Part shown: positions 10,392-19,533 of the stretch, piece after piece
Position numbering within the stretch: the first letter of the stretch is position 1
Layout of the letters: the number at the start of each line of letters is the position of its first letter
Origin: Candidatus Aquitaenariimonas noxiae
GTDB lineage: Bacteria > Omnitrophota > Gorgyraeia > Aquitaenariimonadales > Aquitaenariimonadaceae
NCBI GenBank assembly: GCA_002780005.1
Contig: PEWV01000075.1
Coordinates: forward strand, 14,133-78,132
Direction of reading: 5' to 3'
Length of the DNA: 64,000 nucleotides
Position numbers and translations under genes: made by a program
Notes under the pieces: generated by a model
What the model saw: the letters and a program-made list of their open reading frames with translations, nothing else
Databases searched by the model: none
Told to the model about the DNA's origin: nothing

Positions 10392-10991
10392 TTAAGAAAA
10401 TAGGTCCGAGACCTGTAGAATATTACGAAGCCTTATTTTTGTCCTGAAATAAACGGTATTGTTATTGGATGAGAGCGACATGTCAATTTGCACAAATCTT
10501 ATGTCAGTCGCCTGCGGGCTTACTAAAGGAGCTGGGATAACGTCTCCGTTCCCATCCAGGTATGAGAAGGTAAACGAGGAAACGTTTGAAACAAGCGTGT
10601 CGGCTGTGCCGTTATAGCTTCTTTCCAGATTTGATCCGTTAAGCTGGAATTGCATAGTATTATTATCTATGTCGACGAAACTATAGGAGGTAGCATTAGC
10701 TGTGATTACGCTTGTATTGTTTTTCAGACGACGTATCTCACGGCTCATTCTTCTAAAAGCTGTCTCGGCGCTTTGTGATAAATCTTTCCTATGTATGCTG
10801 TACTTATATGAGTCAACCAATTTAATAGCAACAGGGCCGCCGATACCTACTAATAGGCCTATGATAACTATGACCATTATTAGCTCGATCAGAGTAAACC
10901 CCGTTAGAGATGGGTTGTGTTCACCCATCGGACCTTTAATAGTGCTACGTTTAATGAAAAATTTACTTTTATCAATAATTATCTTGACCAT
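10392..10991 (-). CDS. Minor pilin (PilW-like); leader supplied by inserted element, ancestral ATG at 11079
   Basis: G|FTLIELIMVIVIIG N-methylation motif. Confidence 0.85.
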   Translation of the reverse strand: MVKIIIDKSKFFIKRSTIKGPMGEHNPSLTGFTLIELIMVIVIIGLLVGIGGPVAIKLVDSYKYSIHRKDLSQSAETAFRRMSREIRRLKNNTSVITANATSYSFVDIDNNTMQFQLNGSNLERSYNGTADTLVSNVSSFTFSYLDGNGDVIPAPLVSPQATDIRFVQIDMSLSSNNNTVYFRTKIRLRNILQVSDLFS

Positions 10992-11024
10992 TTTTAGTAA
11001 GATATATTTTTATCTCTAACGGGG
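10899..11024. mobile_element. 126-bp inverted-end insertion, copy 1
   Basis: CCCCGTTAGAGAT...ATCTCTAACGGGG flanked by TAAA at 10895-10898 and 11025-11028; removal restores KHG|FTLIEL. Confidence 0.8.
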
Positions 11025-11036
11025 TAAACCCGTGCT

Positions 11037-11071
11037 TAGGTTTTAGGTGATAGGTTATAGGTGATAGGTGT
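11037..11071. repeat. Heptamer tandem repeat (TAGGTNN)x5 in ancestral pilin leader
   Basis: taggttt taggtga taggtta taggtga taggtgt. Confidence 0.85.
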
Positions 11072-11091
11072 TTTAACATTTTTAAATAGAA

Positions 11092-11568
11092 TCAGTTATT
11101 GGTTGCCAGCGTTACTGCCTCAACACTGGGAAATCCCGGGCGCGAAACTGTTATTTGGATTCTTTTATAGTTTGTAGAAGGGCTAGCGCTCAGCGTATTT
11201 AAATTTCCGCTGTCTACATAATAATAACTCACTTGATGTGAATAATCGCTGAAATTACCCGTGTACTCGGTCGGGCCCTCATTAACAACGTTAGAAAATC
11301 TCAAGTTCGTCACGCGTTCCAATTCGCTTTCTAATAGCGAAGACACTGCTATAAAATGTTCCGGTAAAAATGCGTTTTGCACTGATTCTATAATTACAAC
11401 CGAGACGGGAATTAATATAACAGAAGCAATAACGATCGTCATTATTAATTCTATAAGAGTAAGCCCTTTATCGGAGTTTCGATATTTCCCGCTTTTGCGG
11501 GATCCCGCACATGTATGTCCAAGGCTTGGTATAGGCGGGACGTATTTCGAATTTCGTATTTTTCTCAC
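11092..11568 (-). CDS. Minor pilin (PilV-like) with repeat-expanded leader
   Basis: KG|LTLIELIMTIVI motif; GTG start overlaps stop of upstream pilin. Confidence 0.85.
   Translation of the reverse strand: MRKIRNSKYVPPIPSLGHTCAGSRKSGKYRNSDKGLTLIELIMTIVIASVILIPVSVVIIESVQNAFLPEHFIAVSSLLESELERVTNLRFSNVVNEGPTEYTGNFSDYSHQVSYYYVDSGNLNTLSASPSTNYKRIQITVSRPGFPSVEAVTLATNN
11487..11540. repeat. 54-bp double-hairpin insert (TCCCGC/GCGGGA) in pilin leader
   Basis: TCCCGC-TTTT-GCGGGA-TCCCGC-N26-GCGGGA; in frame; flanked by heptamer-like CGAAAT units. Confidence 0.7.
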
Positions 11569-12119
11569 TGTATATACACCCTGCCTGTTCCTCTCTCAAC
11601 CATTATATTTTTAGGACCTGTGATCGTTACGTTAGCCGGATTATTAAGCGCGGTACCACTGCCAGAACCGGCATCATAGCTATAGGGGTCCCCCCATTTG
11701 TCAAATGCCAGATCCTTATTGTTGTCATTAAAATAGACCTCTGTTATGTCAATGCCTTGGAATTCGCTCTCGTTAAACTGAACGGTGTAGTTATTTTTCG
11801 TTAATGGGTTGATCACTAAACTCCAATTTCCCGGGGTATCTTCTATGTAGACTGAGTAGCGATGTTGTGACGTGCTAAATGAGATCCGAGTCCTTTTTTG
11901 AATACTTACGGCTAGCGATTGCGCGTATCTTATGTCCGATTGAATTTTTTGCGCTGCCATATCCGAGCGCATAGCCGGCATATCGACCATCCTTGCGCTT
12001 GCCAGAACAGCCAAAATGCCGATAATGGCCATTACCATTATAAGCTCGAGAAGGGTAAACCCCGTTAGAAAGGCCCTACCCTTTTCATCAGGAATTGAAA
12101 TTCTGTTTGTTTCATCCAT
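11565..12119 (-). CDS. Minor pilin (FimT/GspH-like); leader supplied by inserted element, ancestral ATG at 12201
   Basis: G|FTLLELIMVMAIIG, SDIRYAQSLA, FDKWG, TGRV motifs. Confidence 0.88.
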   Translation of the reverse strand: MDETNRISIPDEKGRAFLTGFTLLELIMVMAIIGILAVLASARMVDMPAMRSDMAAQKIQSDIRYAQSLAVSIQKRTRISFSTSQHRYSVYIEDTPGNWSLVINPLTKNNYTVQFNESEFQGIDITEVYFNDNNKDLAFDKWGDPYSYDAGSGSGTALNNPANVTITGPKNIMVERGTGRVYIQ

Positions 12120-12185
12120 ACTATCTATAAATCGCGCACCCCATTAAAAAGCATCTTTGTAATGAGATAAAGCTTTCTAACGGGG
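12060..12185. mobile_element. 126-bp inverted-end insertion, copy 2
   Basis: CCCCGTTAGAAAG...CTTTCTAACGGGG flanked by TAAA at 12056-12059 and 12186-12189; removal restores MKRG|FTLLEL. Confidence 0.82.
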
Positions 12186-12234
12186 TAAACCCTCGTTTCA
12201 TATATAACATTTTCGGATGCTTCCCAATTACAGA

Positions 12235-12608
12235 TTACTGCTCGACAAATGAACCGTCGACATTGGAGTACGCATAAATGCCTCCGGCCGGACCAACGTA
12301 TTGGCTTGAGGCGTTTTTGGTCCACTCGCTTGTTATGCCGCCCTGGGAAAGAACCACAGTGAAAAACGCATTCGCCTTTGAGGCTGTCGAACTAGCAGCG
12401 GCAGCATCTAAATTGGCCGGCCATGCCTTATTTTGAGCGTAATAGGTATGGATACCTGCCCTGACGCCTCCTACCACACCCTTCTCGGCGGCTGATTTGG
12501 CATCGTTTTGCAGATCATAATATTTTGGGATCGCAACTGCTGCCAAAATACCCAATATAACAATAACCATGACTAATTCTATGAGCGTAAAACCCTTTTT
12601 CCGAACAT
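12235..12608 (-). CDS. Probable major type IV pilin (MshA/PilA-like) with one-base frameshift in leader
   Basis: GGAGGT SD then ATG at 12608, out of frame with KG|FTLIELVMVIVILGILAAVAIPKY; adding one A to the A5 run at 12596-12600 restores the frame. Confidence 0.8.
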
Positions 12609-12755
12609 TTTTACCTCCGTCAGGATTAATTTCAGCTCTTCATATTCTCTTTTTCTTTAACCGATCACCCCCCTAGCAAACCGTAATAAAAGTTATTTTC
12701 GGATCCAAAAATCGTTAAACCGCGTTTCGCCCTCATATATTATCACTATATATTA

Positions 12756-13967
12756 TCACTTAAACAATGACATCATATTCCACATCGGCAAAAATATGCC
12801 CAATGCCATGAATAGCACGCCGCAACCTAAGGCAAGTATGAGCACGGGTTCGATCAATGTCGTAAGATTTTTTACGGTATGGTCCGTTTGTGAGTCATAG
12901 TAATCAGATACGTATAAAAGCAACTCATCTACTTTACCCGTCGCCTCTCCGGAAGCGACCATTTGCACTACGATCGGAGGGAACATGCCGCACATTTTCA
13001 TGGGCTCAGACATACCCTTACCTTCATTCACGCTTACTTTTATAATATTAATGGCGCGGGCGATAACAACATTCCCTATGCTTCTTGAGACGAGATCCAA
13101 GATCTGCAATATGGGCACGCCGCTTTTTGTGAGGGTCCCTGTGATACGCGCAAACCTGGACATCGTGATCTTTGTAAAAAGCGGCCCGAAAACCGGAATT
13201 TTTAATTTCAGGCCGTCCCACCAGAACCTGCCGATCTCGGTTTTTACAAACCTGCTGAAACCGAATACAAAAGCTCCTATAACAGTAAGAATAAGCCACC
13301 AAAAATTGATAATAGCATAATGTATGCCTATAAGAACGCGCGTCGGCAAAGGCAGCTCTACATTAAACTGGCTGAATAAGCTCGCAAACCTGGGTATTAT
13401 AAACGTGGTCAAGATCATGAACGCTACTAAGAGCGCCGTTACTACCATAAGAGGATAGCGCGTAGCGGTCATTATCTTTGCCCTTGTCTCTTCTTCGTGC
13501 TCGCCAAGTATAGCGAGCCTGCTCAAGATCTCATCAAGCGTCCCGCTGACCTCTCCGGCCTTCACCATGCTGACATACAGACCATTAAAAACTCTCGGGT
13601 GCTTAGCCAAGGCATCCGAGAAATGCGAACCGGCTTCGATATCTTTTATTATACTCTCGATGGTTGCCTTTAAGATATCGCTACTACTCTGATCCCTGAT
13701 GGCGCTAAGGCTTGTCAAGAGCGGAAGGCCTGATTTCTGCAAAGTCACCAACTGCATCGTGAACATATTCAAGTCAGAAAATCTGACCCTTTTAAATCTC
13801 ATAATAAATTTATCTAAGCCGATCTCTCTTATTTTTTCTTTGATCGAAATAGGCACATAATTCATTTGCTTCAATTTGGAGCCGGCTAATTCTGCGTTAT
13901 CGGCTTCTATAATACCGATCGCCTGTTTTCCGAATTTGTCCCTGGCCTTATACTCAAAAATAGCCAT
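12756..13967 (-). CDS. pilC: Type IV pilus platform protein PilC/GspF
   Basis: FSDALAKHP, AGEVSGTL, SGVPIL, GEATG, LIEP motifs. Confidence 0.93.
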   Translation of the reverse strand: MAIFEYKARDKFGKQAIGIIEADNAELAGSKLKQMNYVPISIKEKIREIGLDKFIMRFKRVRFSDLNMFTMQLVTLQKSGLPLLTSLSAIRDQSSSDILKATIESIIKDIEAGSHFSDALAKHPRVFNGLYVSMVKAGEVSGTLDEILSRLAILGEHEEETRAKIMTATRYPLMVVTALLVAFMILTTFIIPRFASLFSQFNVELPLPTRVLIGIHYAIINFWWLILTVIGAFVFGFSRFVKTEIGRFWWDGLKLKIPVFGPLFTKITMSRFARITGTLTKSGVPILQILDLVSRSIGNVVIARAINIIKVSVNEGKGMSEPMKMCGMFPPIVVQMVASGEATGKVDELLLYVSDYYDSQTDHTVKNLTTLIEPVLILALGCGVLFMALGIFLPMWNMMSLFK

Positions 13968-13968
13968 C

Positions 13969-15654
13969 TTATTCCTCTTCTGTCTTAGTTACCCTTAAAA
14001 CCTCTTCTACGGTCGTAATCCCTTCTTTTGCCTTTGATATGCCGTCGGAAAATAATGTGCCCATGCCTTTAGAGATCGCTATTTTTCTTATTTCGTCAGC
14101 CGAGGCCTTGGCGACTATAAGCTTTCTTATATCTTCGTCCATGATCAATAATTCAAATATGCCTATCCTGCCTGCAAAGCCTGTCCCCCTGCAAGACGCG
14201 CAGCCCTTTCCTCTATAAAATATCATTTTACCTTTAAGGCCCAGGTCTTTCAGCACTTCATCTGAAGGCGTGTGGTTTTCTTTGCATTTGGGACAAACGG
14301 CTCTTACAAGCCTTTGGCCCAGGATCCCCATAACAGAACTTGAAATCAAGAACGGTTCCACGCCCATATCTAAGAGCCTGGCAAGTGCGCTTGGGGCGTC
14401 GTTTGTATGTAGGGTAGAAAACACGAGATGCCCCGTAAGCGCCGCCTGGATCGAGATATCCGCAGTCTCCTTATCCCTTATTTCGCCGACCATAACAACA
14501 TCCGGGTCCTGCCTCAATATACTTCTAAGCCCTGCGGCGAACGTTAATCCGGCCTTTGGATTAACCTGCGTTTGCCTTATAAGAGGCAGCTCGTATTCTA
14601 CCGGGTCCTCAATAGTAATTATATTTTTTTCCATCGAATTGATCGTTGATAACGCGCCGTATAGAGTTGTCGTCTTGCCGCTGCCGGTAGGGCCTGTAAC
14701 CAATATTATCCCGTTTGGTTGATGAATAAGCTTCTCGAACTTTTTTAGGTCGCCTTTTGAGAGGCCAAGTTCGGGCAATCCCAATAGCGCCGTTGATTTA
14801 TCCAACAATCTCATAACGACATTTTCGCCGTGTATCGTCGGAAAACTTGAAACTCTTATATCGATATCGCGGTCTTCTTTCTTTAATTTGATCCGCCCGT
14901 CCTGCGGTTTTCTCTGTTCCGCTATATCCATCTTGGCTAAAATTTTTATCCTGGAAATAACCGCGCTCTGCAGGTGTTTCGGTATAACGTTTATCTCGTG
15001 CAAAATGCCGTCTATGCGATACCGTATCCTCACAGCCGTATCATCCGGTTCAATATGTATATCGCTAGCCCTATCCTTTACTGCCTGGGTGATCATCAAA
15101 TTAACCAATTTTATTATAGGCGGCTCGCCGGCCACCTCGCTTATATCTTTCAAGCCGCCCTTTGCCTTCGTTTCAAATTTCGCCTTATCGATATCTTTTA
15201 TTAATTCATCCACAGTTCCTATTACCCCGTAGTATGAATCCAAAACTTTCTGGATCCCCCGCTCACTCACCAATACGGTATCTACGGAATCTATTTTCGC
15301 CTTTAATCGTATTTCGTCAATCGCGATAATATCCTGAGGGTCAACCATTGCTAATGTAAGAGCATTGCCGATCTTAAATAACGGGACGGCCTTATGTTTT
15401 TTTGCCAGGGTTTCCGGAACAAGCTTTATCACCTCTTGATCTATTATGTAATCGGTCAGATCTATATAAGGAATGTCTAAGGTATCGGCAATGGTGCTCG
15501 CTATCTCTTCCTCGGTAATATAGCCTAATTTCTCGAGCGCCTTTTCCAGGGGAAGGCCCGTCTTTTTCACTTCCTCTCTGGCGCGTTCGATCTGGTCCCT
15601 AGTAATCAGGCCTTTTTTTATAAGTAATTCCATAGCTTCTTGGGTTTTTGCCAT
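13969..15654 (-). CDS. pilB: Type IV pilus assembly ATPase PilB/GspE
   Basis: ASDIHIEP, GPTGSGKTTT, TIEDPVE, LRQDPD, GHLVFSTLH, tetracysteine motif. Confidence 0.95.
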   Translation of the reverse strand: MAKTQEAMELLIKKGLITRDQIERAREEVKKTGLPLEKALEKLGYITEEEIASTIADTLDIPYIDLTDYIIDQEVIKLVPETLAKKHKAVPLFKIGNALTLAMVDPQDIIAIDEIRLKAKIDSVDTVLVSERGIQKVLDSYYGVIGTVDELIKDIDKAKFETKAKGGLKDISEVAGEPPIIKLVNLMITQAVKDRASDIHIEPDDTAVRIRYRIDGILHEINVIPKHLQSAVISRIKILAKMDIAEQRKPQDGRIKLKKEDRDIDIRVSSFPTIHGENVVMRLLDKSTALLGLPELGLSKGDLKKFEKLIHQPNGIILVTGPTGSGKTTTLYGALSTINSMEKNIITIEDPVEYELPLIRQTQVNPKAGLTFAAGLRSILRQDPDVVMVGEIRDKETADISIQAALTGHLVFSTLHTNDAPSALARLLDMGVEPFLISSSVMGILGQRLVRAVCPKCKENHTPSDEVLKDLGLKGKMIFYRGKGCASCRGTGFAGRIGIFELLIMDEDIRKLIVAKASADEIRKIAISKGMGTLFSDGISKAKEGITTVEEVLRVTKTEEE

Positions 15655-15696
15655 TTTGGTCTCCCAATAACATTTGATGCTTCGATGTTTCCCGGA

Positions 15697-16623
15697 TCAC
15701 ATGTTTTTCGGAAGCGTGAAAATAAAATTCGAGAATTTTCCTTTTTCCGATAAAACCCAGATTTTCCCCTTGTGGGCGTCAATAATGTTTTTCGCGATAG
15801 CCAGACCAAGCCCTATACCTGAAGATTTGAACTCTATATTGCCCGATGAATGTTTATCTATGTCGCCGATACCGTAGAAACTCTCAAATATGCTCCCCAA
15901 TTCATCTTTTGGTATACCTATACCGTTATCCTCTACCTCAACGCGTATATTATCTTCCTCATCTTTCGCCCGTATGGTTATTCTGCCCTTGTCCGGAGTA
16001 AATCTTATCGCATTAAGCAGAAGGTTTACCAACACTTGCCGCATACTGTTCCTGTCCATCATAACATGCGGTATGTCCCTTTCAATATCGACAATTATTT
16101 CCTGATTTCTTTTCTTAATAAAAGACATGATATCGCCGGCTGTCGATCTGATAATCACTTCTATAGATGAGGGCTGCAATCTTTTATCAAATCCGCTTGG
16201 AATGTCCAGATATATTTTCGAGAGATCGCTTTTTATTTCTTCCAATCTATTGCAATACTTAACCATTACATCCAGAGCGGTTTTCTGTTCTTCTGTCAGA
16301 GGCCCCAGCGATTTATCCGTGATTAAATTAACATAACCTTTTATAATAGTAATCGGTGTAGCGAGTTCATTTGAAATTGTAAAAGCTGCTTTGGACTTTA
16401 TTTCATGCAGCTTTTCTTTCTCGCCGTAAAGCCGCAGAATATTATATTTTTCTTCCATACTATCAAGCCAAAACAAAAAGAGTAACACGATCGCAAGCGC
16501 GACAAATAAATCCGCAGGCATGATTTGTACCTTTTGATAAACGAATATACTCGTAAGCCGAACCGTTAAAAGCAGGACGCCAACGGCAACTAACGCTACC
16601 TTACGTCTGGATTTTATATGCAT
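15697..16623 (-). CDS. Membrane histidine kinase-like protein with His-to-Asn H-box
   Basis: Two TMs, SNELATP, NLLLNAIRFT, DNGIGI, GIGLGL. Confidence 0.85.
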   Translation of the reverse strand: MHIKSRRKVALVAVGVLLLTVRLTSIFVYQKVQIMPADLFVALAIVLLFLFWLDSMEEKYNILRLYGEKEKLHEIKSKAAFTISNELATPITIIKGYVNLITDKSLGPLTEEQKTALDVMVKYCNRLEEIKSDLSKIYLDIPSGFDKRLQPSSIEVIIRSTAGDIMSFIKKRNQEIIVDIERDIPHVMMDRNSMRQVLVNLLLNAIRFTPDKGRITIRAKDEEDNIRVEVEDNGIGIPKDELGSIFESFYGIGDIDKHSSGNIEFKSSGIGLGLAIAKNIIDAHKGKIWVLSEKGKFSNFIFTLPKNM

Positions 16624-16637
16624 TTTATCATCTCTGG

Positions 16638-17006
16638 CTATTTTCCTATTAATTCATGTATCTTAGAGATCAATACCGAAGGCTCAAAGGGCTTCGTTAT
16701 ATACCCATCGGCCCCGACCTCTTCACCAAGTTTCTTATCCGATTCCTGCGCCCTGGCCGTAAACATAAGTATGGGTATTTTCTTATATTTTTCATCAAAT
16801 TTAAGCATGCGGCAAACCTTGTATCCGTCAATTTTAGGTAACATCAAATCCAGTATAATCAGATCGGGCTTCTCTTTACGCGCCTTTTCAAGTGCCTCTT
16901 GGCCGTCGCCGGCTGTCAGCACAATATAGCCATTAGCCTGGAGCCTTAACTTAACCATTTCAACTAATTGAATTTCATCGTCCACTACCAAGATTTTTTT
17001 ACCCAT
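16638..17006 (-). CDS. Single-domain response regulator
   Basis: LVVDDE, DLMLP, TA, KPF motifs. Confidence 0.92.
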   Translation of the reverse strand: MGKKILVVDDEIQLVEMVKLRLQANGYIVLTAGDGQEALEKARKEKPDLIILDLMLPKIDGYKVCRMLKFDEKYKKIPILMFTARAQESDKKLGEEVGADGYITKPFEPSVLISKIHELIGK

Positions 17007-17410
17007 TATTTGTCTCGTTTTTTGGCCCCTTTATACTTATCGGCCATCCTTGAAGCACTAAATATATTAGCAAGTTCTTCTTTCAGGTCATTTGTCTTAA
17101 CAATGAAACCTGAGGCATCCAGCTTTTCGGCCAGATTAAATCTTTCCTCGTTGGAAAATGCCGTTACTATAAACACCGGCAAATTTTTGTCGCGCTTTCT
17201 TATCTTTTTTAACACCTGCAACCCGTTAAGGCCCGGCATCATTATATCAAGCAGCACGGCATCCGGTTTTTCATCTTTGATCTTTTCCAAAGCGCCTTTC
17301 CCGTCGCTAGCCGTAATCACATCATACCCGCTAGATTCTAATCTTAACTTTATCATTTCTACAAAATCAGGCTCGTCATCCACTACTAATATTTTTTTTC
17401 CCATGTTCAC
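17006..17410 (-). CDS. Single-domain response regulator
   Basis: LVVDDE, DIMMPGLNG motifs. Confidence 0.92.
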   Translation of the reverse strand: MNMGKKILVVDDEPDFVEMIKLRLESSGYDVITASDGKGALEKIKDEKPDAVLLDIMMPGLNGLQVLKKIRKRDKNLPVFIVTAFSNEERFNLAEKLDASGFIVKTNDLKEELANIFSASRMADKYKGAKKRDK

Positions 17411-19161
17411 CTGCTTTTTTTATTTTTTAATTCCCGTTTACCTTTTCCCGGAATTCCCGTTCTGGCCTTATGCAATAACGCCTCATCCGTTATGGCGTCA
17501 TCCGGATAAGTGGCATTACCGAGCAGGACACGAATTTTCCCAAACCATTCTTTTTTGTTCTCCGATAAATAAGCATTGATCGCTTTTTCGATCCTATCCC
17601 TCACGACTTTAACGTTCTCTTTTGAGGTATCAACTAAAAAAACCATCAACTCGCCCGTATCTCTTAAGACGGTATCCGCCTGCCGCCTAAGCGAGCCGGC
17701 AACAACCTTTTCTATGCCCTTAAGTAAACTATGAAACTTATCGCAACCTAATCCTTTTTGCAACTTATCAAAATCTTTTATTCTAATAATTACTACCGAC
17801 AGAGGAATGTTCTTTTCGGATGTTTCCTTTATTTTATTATTAAGATACTCCCTGAACACGGACTCTACTTCCATTTTTGGAAGGTTAAAAGTAAATTCAG
17901 AGCCTTTATTAACTTCGCTCTCAACCATCACTGTTCCTTTATGCAGCTCGACGAGCTGTTTGACAATGCTAAGGCCGAGGCCCGTTCCTTTGGCCCCGGC
18001 GCCGGCAGCTCTATTAAACTGCTGAAACTTATTAAACACCCTCGGCAGGTCTTCTTTGGCAATACCTACGCCCGTGTCCGAAACCGAGATCTCCACTTCA
18101 TCCTTCTTGTCTTTCAGCTCGATTATAATCTTGCCTTTTTCAGGGGTGTATTTTATGGCATTCGAGATCAAATTATTCATAACCTGCGCTATTTTATCAG
18201 CGTCAATATACATGTTCACCTGTTCGTCGGGCACTAAAACTTTGAGCTCTTGGCCTTTCTTGTCAAACTCGGATTTCCATCTAATACACATATCCCTCAT
18301 CATAGCTGCAAAATCCACAAGGGCCCTTTTCAACTCGATCTTACCAGTCTCTATTTTTGATATGTCCAATAAATCATTTATAATACGCGCCAGTCTGTCA
18401 ACATTCTCTTTACTCATTGAAAGGACGTTTTTTTGTTTTTCGTTTATTTTTCCCAGCACCTCATCAAGGGTAAGCGCTAGGCCTTCTTTTATAATAGACA
18501 AGGGTGTACGCAACTCGTGAGAAACCGTAGAAACAAAATCGGACTTCAATTTATCTATTTTTTGGAGCTCTTTATTCTTTTGTTCCAGTTCTTTATAGAG
18601 AAGCTTTATGCCTTCGTTTGCCTTTTTAAGGCCCCATGCCTGCACTTCTAATTCATCCTTAGCGTCTTTAAGCGCCGTCATAGCATTTTTTCGTTCGGTT
18701 ATATCTTCGGCAACTTCAACGAAATGGGTAATTTCTCCTTTTGAATTTGTAATAGGCGAAATTGAGGCCATTTCCCAATATAATCCGCCGTTCTTCATCT
18801 TATTATGAAATTCTCCGCGCCATTCTTTACCCGAGATAATAACTTCCCATAATTCTTTATATACTTCGGGAGGCTGGTCGCCTGCTTTTAGAACACGCAG
18901 GTTTTTCCCCTTAACCTCCTTAAGCGCATAACCTGTCAGTTCGGTAAATTTAGGGTTCACGTATTCAAGATTGCCGTTTTTGTCTGTAATAACAACGGTG
19001 CTCGGGCTGTGCTGAACGGCGCGGGAGAGGATATAAACCTCTTCATTGAACTTATTCTTTTTAGAAAGGGCTGCTTCGAGCTTCCTTACCAGTTTTTGAA
19101 GAGTTTCTATTCTTTTGATAGGTTTTTTGTCTGGCTCTTTTTTATTTTTACTTTTTACCAT
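17407..19161 (-). CDS. PAS histidine kinase with C-terminal degenerate GGDEF-like domain
   Basis: PAS/PAC, SHELRTP, NAIKYT, GTGLGL, then RQADTVLRDTGE...GNATYP. Confidence 0.88.
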   Translation of the reverse strand: MVKSKNKKEPDKKPIKRIETLQKLVRKLEAALSKKNKFNEEVYILSRAVQHSPSTVVITDKNGNLEYVNPKFTELTGYALKEVKGKNLRVLKAGDQPPEVYKELWEVIISGKEWRGEFHNKMKNGGLYWEMASISPITNSKGEITHFVEVAEDITERKNAMTALKDAKDELEVQAWGLKKANEGIKLLYKELEQKNKELQKIDKLKSDFVSTVSHELRTPLSIIKEGLALTLDEVLGKINEKQKNVLSMSKENVDRLARIINDLLDISKIETGKIELKRALVDFAAMMRDMCIRWKSEFDKKGQELKVLVPDEQVNMYIDADKIAQVMNNLISNAIKYTPEKGKIIIELKDKKDEVEISVSDTGVGIAKEDLPRVFNKFQQFNRAAGAGAKGTGLGLSIVKQLVELHKGTVMVESEVNKGSEFTFNLPKMEVESVFREYLNNKIKETSEKNIPLSVVIIRIKDFDKLQKGLGCDKFHSLLKGIEKVVAGSLRRQADTVLRDTGELMVFLVDTSKENVKVVRDRIEKAINAYLSENKKEWFGKIRVLLGNATYPDDAITDEALLHKARTGIPGKGKRELKNKKSR

Positions 19162-19164
19162 TTT

Positions 19165-19530
19165 TTAAATAAATTTCTTGGCCGCCTTAAGCAGGCACGA
19201 ACAATCGCTTGTTTTGACGCAATAATCGTCTGCGCCTGCCTTCCGGGCTTTTACAGCATCTATAGCGTCTATAGAACCGGTCGTCACTATGATCTTGGGC
19301 TTAGCGCTGCCGTATTTTTCCCTGATCTTGCGGCAGACATCAAAACCTTCTCCGTCGGGAAGCATCGTGTCTATTATTACCAAATCCGGATTTACCGATT
19401 CCGCTCTCTCGATACCCTCTTTACAGCTCTCTGCTGTAAAAATCTCTCCGTAATTGGCTTTGGTGAAAAATCTTGTTATAATTTTCCTATCCTGCTCATT
19501 ATCGTCTATAACCAAAATCTTAACTTTCAT
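19165..19530 (-). CDS. Single-domain response regulator
   Basis: LVIDDN, DTMLPD, GADDY motifs. Confidence 0.9.
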   Translation of the reverse strand: MKVKILVIDDNEQDRKIITRFFTKANYGEIFTAESCKEGIERAESVNPDLVIIDTMLPDGEGFDVCRKIREKYGSAKPKIIVTTGSIDAIDAVKARKAGADDYCVKTSDCSCLLKAAKKFI

Positions 19531-19533
19531 ATA

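Noticed and set aside
10899-12185. CRISPR-array interpretation of the CCCCGTTAGA repeats
   Set aside because: Repeats are inverted pairs dispersed in genes, not direct repeats with regular spacers; no cas genes in the window.
12125-12325. 66-aa minus-strand ORF spanning the pilin end and element copy 2
   Set aside because: Alternative-frame overlap with the major pilin and the insertion; no SD or motif.
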